DNA of 60,466 nt, the filler included. It is 7 parts of 7 records of this genome, joined end to end, with 100 filler letters (N's around TTAATTAATTAA, not from the genome) between each part and the next. Parts side by side here need not be neighbours in the genome. Positions count along the whole stretch, not along the records: positions 54,648 to 60,466 come from SRR31147125_123959; 6 more parts are not named here. The stretch is one strand, 5' to 3'. A program made the translations under genes and the position numbers. Below, piece by piece: positions 55,043 through 60,466 of the stretch; position 1 is the first letter of the stretch; each line of letters begins with the position of its first letter. The notes below the pieces were generated by a model, which was given only the letters and a program-made list of their open reading frames with translations, searched no databases and was not told where the DNA came from.

Positions 55043-58000
55043 ATGGGATCACCGTCGCCTGATCTTCATGGACGAATGATATGCGCACTCGTACGCGATC
55101 TCAATAACCTCGAGTTGGCATGGCTCGCACACGTAGAAACCACTCTAGCAGAGTACCTGTCGCGTATGTGTCATAGCTTCGCATGGCTCGTACCCCACAC
55201 GTCTGCTGTTGTTCAGGGGTTCTATGTTCTGCTGCCGTTGAAGTGGCGACCCAAGCAGCTGTGTTGACACTGCTAGAACGGACACGTCGCGTTGCAGGGG
55301 ACCGTGGTGTTCTCTTCTTGCCTATCCACCTTGATCCGACGTCTGTCCATGCCATGCGAACGCCTCAGCCGCCTGGTGAGGGGGGAACAGGCGTGGAGGA
55401 ACCCACTGACCCTCTATCCCTCCACCAGGGAAGAGTCTCCCGCCTCGTTTTGTTGTGGCGGTTCTCCACGCAGCACCATCGGGTCGAAACGGCCCTTCGT
55501 CCTTAGCTCTCGTTGACGCTACAGATGATATTGTGTGTGAGTGTGCTACGGTGGATCCCTCCTATCTCGACGCGGTGTGCCTTGTGTCGTCATGGCGTTG
55601 GGTACCATGGTTGGACGTGCCCGCCCAGGGCTATGTGGAGATCTTTGGAGAGGACGCTATTCTTCCGCTGGTGAGACGCGATGGGACCGCTGTGTTGTGC
55701 GGATGGAAATCGGTGGAGCGTGCTCGTGGGGCAGGTGATCCCGTTCTGTGTGTGGGGGAGGGTTCCGTCCCTGTGGGTCCACGACGCTTCGTACAACAAC
55801 ACGGATGTATTCTCGTGGGTGTTATCATAGCTCGAAGCCCAGTACGTGGACTAGGAGGACCGAATCCATGTTTTTTTGTAGAATTCGCGCCCCCTGAGAC
55901 ATCACATGGGACGGTGGGACGAGAGATTATTGTATTTCAAGGAGAACGTTGTGTGCGTTGGTATTCTACGCTGAGACCAAAGATCTGTGTGAGTGTTGCA
56001 CCTGTACGGAGAGCGGTTATCCCTGCGGCGGTATCCAAGTATGTCTGGACGGCGGGTGAAGATGTTCACATTGATGCCCTGGTGGTAGAAGGGGTTGATC
56101 GTCCCTTGGGTCCGAAGCGCCCCCAAACGACAGCACAATCTGTCTCAACGAGACATCTTATGTGTGCCAAGAACCTTGTGAATTATGTTGGAACCGTCAC
56201 GGGCATGTGGTCGGACGACAAGAGGACCGAGTGGGATGGATGTATTGGCCTGGACGATTGTGTGCGTGTCTTCCTTCTTCGCGACCAAGTAGGCAATCGT
56301 GGAAGAGGGATTCACGTGGGTGCAGTGTTGGAACTGTGGCATGTTCATCCAGTGATCTACCGGGAATGTGTTGTGGTACGAGTTCGACGTGAGGGATCAA
56401 AGGCTGATCAATGGGGTCCAGGGTTTTGCGTGTTGTTCGCATAGTCATGTGCACATACTGGAACGCCGATTTCCTGCCGTGCCCTTTGTCCCTTTACCAC
56501 TGGCTTCTCCGTTGGATTGTCACCGAAGGCGGTTGCCTGTTCCAGCATTCTTGTGGTAGGACGTGGGATGGATGTGTCTTTGTCCCGCCCGCCCGCCCGC
56601 CCGCCCACCCACCCACCCATCTCGTGACATAGGATGAAGGAGATCTACGGAGCGTTCTGCGAGAAGTTTCGTGATGTCTTGAATGACAGGGATTTCTTGG
56701 GGTACAAGGTGTGCATATCAATCGCTGGCATGCATCTACGTGTCTCAGTTTGTCTCCACGTTAGAACTCTCGCCTTTTGCGTGAAGCAGGGTTTCTTCGC
56801 CTCTTCATGGAGTCTGTTGGCTATCATTTCCCAGAACGCAGTCTGAGTGGGGAATTTCTAGATCATGACACATGCCGCGTTGCGTATGTGGATTGTGATG
56901 TTCTTTGTTTCTGTCTGAGGCTCGTGTGGCACGTGCAGGGAGCCACTGTCCCCAACACCTCCTTACGTTCCCACTATGAAAGAGTTGTTTGCACTTGGAC
57001 CCATTACATCTGCTGTGCACGAGTTGCGGGAGGACGAGTGGGGCTACCGTCTTCTTTCCTCAGCACATCTCCCATCCATGCAACTGGTTGGCTTCTTGCG
57101 AGGATCCCTGGTGGATGGGAACTTGGTACTCCAAGATCAGACGGGGGCCATTCCTATAGCAACGGATGAGAAGGTATGGTGCATGAGTGAACCCGATTCC
57201 GATCCGATTCCGATCCGATTCCGATCCCCTCAGATTGATCCAGGCCACTTGAACCACGTATGGCGTTTCGATCGGTTCTCAGTGGCCATAGAAAAACTGG
57301 GACGTCGGAGTGTTGACGGACCAGGAAGGAGTAGTATGCTTGTGGGATCTGTGTGGCACACGGTACGAGATTCTTCTCGTGTGCAGTTCCATTCACTCCT
57401 TGAAAAGGTGTATCTTCAGTTACGCTTGTCTGAGGGGGCGTGTCTCTTGGAACACGACCCTATTCGACGCTCGGGCGCGTGTCGAGATGCATGGCTATGG
57501 GTGTGTTGTTTTGCCTGTCCGAGAACCTTTAGGGACGATTGTACGGGCAGATTCAAAGCAAAGGACCTCCTATGCTGGAGGACTCGCGATGTCACACACG
57601 ATCGGTTTGCTTTGTGGTTGAGGCAAAGCTTCTAGGGAAGGGAGGAGAGGTACGAGAGGTGTACGGGAATCCAGATCACCACTCCTTATTCAGCAGGATC
57701 TTCAGGAAGATGAACGGCCGCATGGAAAGAGGCCACCCCCTCTCTATGTGTCTGTACCACCCACAAAGAAACCCACCCTGCGGCATGTGCGTTGCGTGTG
57801 TGAATGTGTGTGAATGTGTGTGTGTATGATTGTCGTTTAGCTGTGTATTACTGGCGATCCTGGTGATTTTTCTCAAGCACGGACGACCATTGTGAAGTTC
57901 CATTCGACATCGTTCTCTGTATTTCCTGCAGTCATGGTGTGCTTCTGTGTATTCGTATAGGAGGGATGGGGTGACGTCTTCTTGCATTCTCAGGCGGGAG

Positions 58001-59983
58001 AGTGTTATCGCGTGTACGGGGTAGATCCCGATTTTGGGACTAGTCCCAAACGCAAGAGGGGACTAGACGCGCAGTTCGTGCAAGGAGAAGATCTCCAAAG
58101 TGGTGTGTGTGTGTGTGTGTGTGTGGGATGATTCGCCGTCTGCCTTAGTTGTACGCCCAGCACAGCTAGAGCATCTCACCGTAAGCGCTGGCTTGCAAGA
58201 CGTCCAACCGTTTCCACCCCTTCCTCCTCCCCAGGTTTGGGACGCATTCTATCCCCTTCTTTCATTGTCTCACGGGATTCACTAGGCCCAGGCTCGCTTC
58301 GGTGCGTATGTGGAAGAGACACCCGCCCGGATCATCCAATACCACGACTTATTTCATGAGTGGAGGCTTGGCAACCCGTTGTATAAGTGTGTCGCTTGCC
58401 TTTTTCGGTGGTGATTGATCGTCTCATACCTCGCACCTAGTGTTGACGAAATGCTCACATTGCCGTATGACGCTGTATTCACTGAGGATCGAAGGTCCTT
58501 TTTTTGTGTAATTGTCTGGAAGGAGCTGAGAAGAACAGAAAGGAGGTGCACGATTGGTTCTGTCTCCTTACAGCCCACTTTTTCTTACTTCTTGATGAAT
58601 CCTGATGAAAGTCCTCGCGGGGAGGTATCATTCTGTGTCCATTGTCGCGCTGTCGAGGGTCCCAGTACGATTTGTCTGTATCTGGGTATTGCCAAACACT
58701 TCCTTCCTCTTGGCTTGCTCCCTGGTGCCCATGTAACATTTCATCGTGTCCTTCGTAAGATATCCGGCAAGAGTGGACGGATCTATGCCGTGGGAACACC
58801 GGGTATGCACCGCCTTGTCACGAATCGTTGCGATGGTTCATGTATGGGGGGACACAGACACAACGGTCACCCTCGACCGACTTGCTGTAGAACCACTAAC
58901 AAGTTCCCAGTCGGAGGAGCAGGGCCTGCGGTCCGTAGAGTGTCTCTGTTCGTCGCCATTGGTTCATTCTGGTCTGGATCTCCCTACAGACACCTGGCTG
59001 CCCTTTCCTCAACGTTCTTGGTTCAATTATGGAACACAGCGTATTTTTCACAGGTATGTCACACCTTGTACTTGATATCTTCCCATTGGTGATGGATTGT
59101 GCAGGGTATTTTGCGTATTCGATGTGGGCTTGTGGCAATTCAACGGGTGTTCTTATCATGGAGGTGTGTGGGGTGTGCTTTGGTGATACTGACAACAGCT
59201 CAACCAACAAGATGTGCCCTGTGCCATCGTGCCCTGGAGACAGGTATTGCATCCTGTTCTCCCACCTGCACACCCTTTCGACGAAAATTTAGTGCGGAAG
59301 TGACATGTCTTGTGGACGACGGAACAGACCAGGCTCTGCTGTGCGAAGTGCCCTCTCCCTCCCTTGCTCTCACGTATTCTCCTATTTGAAAGGTATGCAC
59401 ACGAGGACACTGTGTGGGATCTATTTGGAGTCCCCAAGTCGTATCCCTTTCTCTTTCTTTTCTTTTTGCGGCTTTCGGCTTCTCGTCCTCCTTGACTCGT
59501 GTATAGAAAAGCTGCTCATTTTGAGAACATCTGTTTACAACACGGCAAATTTCACTATCAGAAAGGTGATGTTATCGGAACCGATGCAGGCACAGAGGTC
59601 TGTATGTGCTGTTGTAGTATGTGGTGGAGCCAATGGTGCACCGATTCAACAGACCGACGAGTTTGTGTGCATGATTGAGAGACATGGTATGCTCCGATCT
59701 CTTGTTGTGTTTTGCCATCAGCTTCACAGGGTGCGGGGAAGGGTGATTGTCGCGTTGGGACTGAGTTCATGTGTGTCCCGTTAGGCGCGGCCGAGTGGAC
59801 AGGATGGCCGCTCCTCTGATGTATGCGATTTCTCTGCTTACCTCCCTCATATCTCCTTGGTTGCAGATGCAAATTTTCGACAAGCTGAAGTTGCGCGCAA
59901 TACGAATTGAGGAGGTGTCGGCCGCAGCCGAGACAACACGACAACTGAACAAGTTAACCGAAGACGGGTCCGAAAGGGGATAA
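55043..59983 (+). CDS. CTC1: CST complex subunit CTC1 (multi-OB-fold telomere protein), many short introns
   Basis: Ordered CTC1-like motifs: ELAWL, LVDATDDIVCE..WRWVP..GYVEI, WYSTLRP, LVNYVGTVT..LDD..GAVLELWHVH..FACC, LQDQTGAI, PLGLLPGAHVTFH, Zn-type CGVC..CP..C, CLVDDGT and LRAIRIEE. Confirmed introns include 55164-55216 and 55376-55428. Confidence 0.85.
57193..57227. repeat. Intronic (CCGATTCCGAT)3 microsatellite
   Basis: Directly visible inside a CTC1 intron; other introns hold (GT)n and (CCCG)n(CCCA)n tracts. Confidence 0.75.
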
Positions 59984-60082
59984 TTGTACGAAAACAGCGC
60001 AAGGTTGTGCTCTACACGCTACCATAGTATTGGCGGTTGCGATAGAGCTTGGTATACCTGATCGACCACACATCAAGATGTA

Positions 60083-60466
60083 TCACGAGTGTGCCCTGCT
60101 CACGTACGCGTAGTAGCAAATGGCGAAGAAAGCCGCAATGAGTGCAAGAATTCCAATAATGCCAATCCCCTTCCACTTGTCCTCGGTCTTCGTCACCGTG
60201 CGAATCACTTCAATCTTGCAACTCTCGACCACGACTGGATCGCCACACGAGAAATGTAAGGACATTGTCACACGAGAAAGGAAACGACGTACAATTCTTG
60301 GCCTCAAGGAAGGGTCCATCATCGGCTTCCTTGCTGAATACCAACGGGTTCGCCTAGAAGAGGCCATATTCCGTCAGGTCACGCAACAAGCGAAGGAGAA
60401 TTCCACAGAACCGCACGTCCTCTGATGTTTTTGTAACTAAGGTGAGCCTGATGTACTGGTGGAGAA
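60083..60466 (-). CDS. 3' end of a multi-exon eukaryotic gene with a C-terminal transmembrane helix
   Basis: Spliced reading ..TKTSED/ANPLVFSKEADDGPFLEAKNF/VVESCK..KWKGIGIIGILALIAAFFAICYYAYVSRAHS* across two GT-AG introns. Confidence 0.6.

Noticed and set aside
56584-58125. (CCCG)n(CCCA)n, (CCGATT)n and (GT)n tracts as telomeric or CRISPR-like repeats
   Set aside because: They are short intronic microsatellites with no spacers; I found no CRISPR array, rRNA or tRNA in the window
54648-60466. Stop-codon reassignment or pseudogenisation as the cause of fragmented ORFs in the eukaryotic contigs
   Set aside because: Canonical GT-AG introns explain the stops and frame changes I traced, and the 6,300-codon exon contains no in-frame stops

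Overview
This window is not one locus. It is seven unrelated contigs joined by 100-nt artificial spacers (N44-TTAATTAATTAA-N44), consistent with an anoxic metagenome. (1) 1-7523: a bacterial extracellular contractile injection system (eCIS, Afp/PVC-type) on the minus strand, running sheath, tube, tail-assembly chaperone, an unannotated DUF6760-like ORF, a split hypothetical gene, LysM/tube-initiator, late-control D hub, VgrG-like spike, PAAR, gp25 and baseplate J. The chaperone/DUF6760 junction carries a clear -1 frameshift signature (G_GGG_GGG followed by a 13/14-bp hairpin), analogous to phage gpG/gpGT. (2) 7624-28997: one spliced eukaryotic gene of more than 7,000 codons, open at both ends. 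It is built from about 20 bacterial-style beta-solenoid repeats with PA14, LamG, EGF and Cys-rich modules inserted into them, and has three short introns followed by an 18.9-kb uninterrupted exon. (3) 29098-34118: bacterial metabolic and transport genes, including a GntR(YtrA)-ABC operon with a clear sigma70 promoter and operator. (4) 34219-42006: an integrase remnant, a conserved hypothetical gene, a Na+-type membrane pyrophosphatase, an OYE-family flavoprotein, LysR and a beta-rich hypothetical protein. (5) 42107-47785: an intron-rich eukaryotic kexin/furin-like convertase and a GT2 glycosyltransferase. (6) 47886-54547: a Desulfobacterota-type fdhA-fdhB-fdhE cluster followed by a periplasmic binding protein, a frameshifted histidine kinase and a REC-STAS regulator. 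(7) 54648-60466: an intron-rich eukaryotic CTC1 (CST telomere complex) with flanking gene ends. All family assignments come from motif recognition by eye, and no searches were run.
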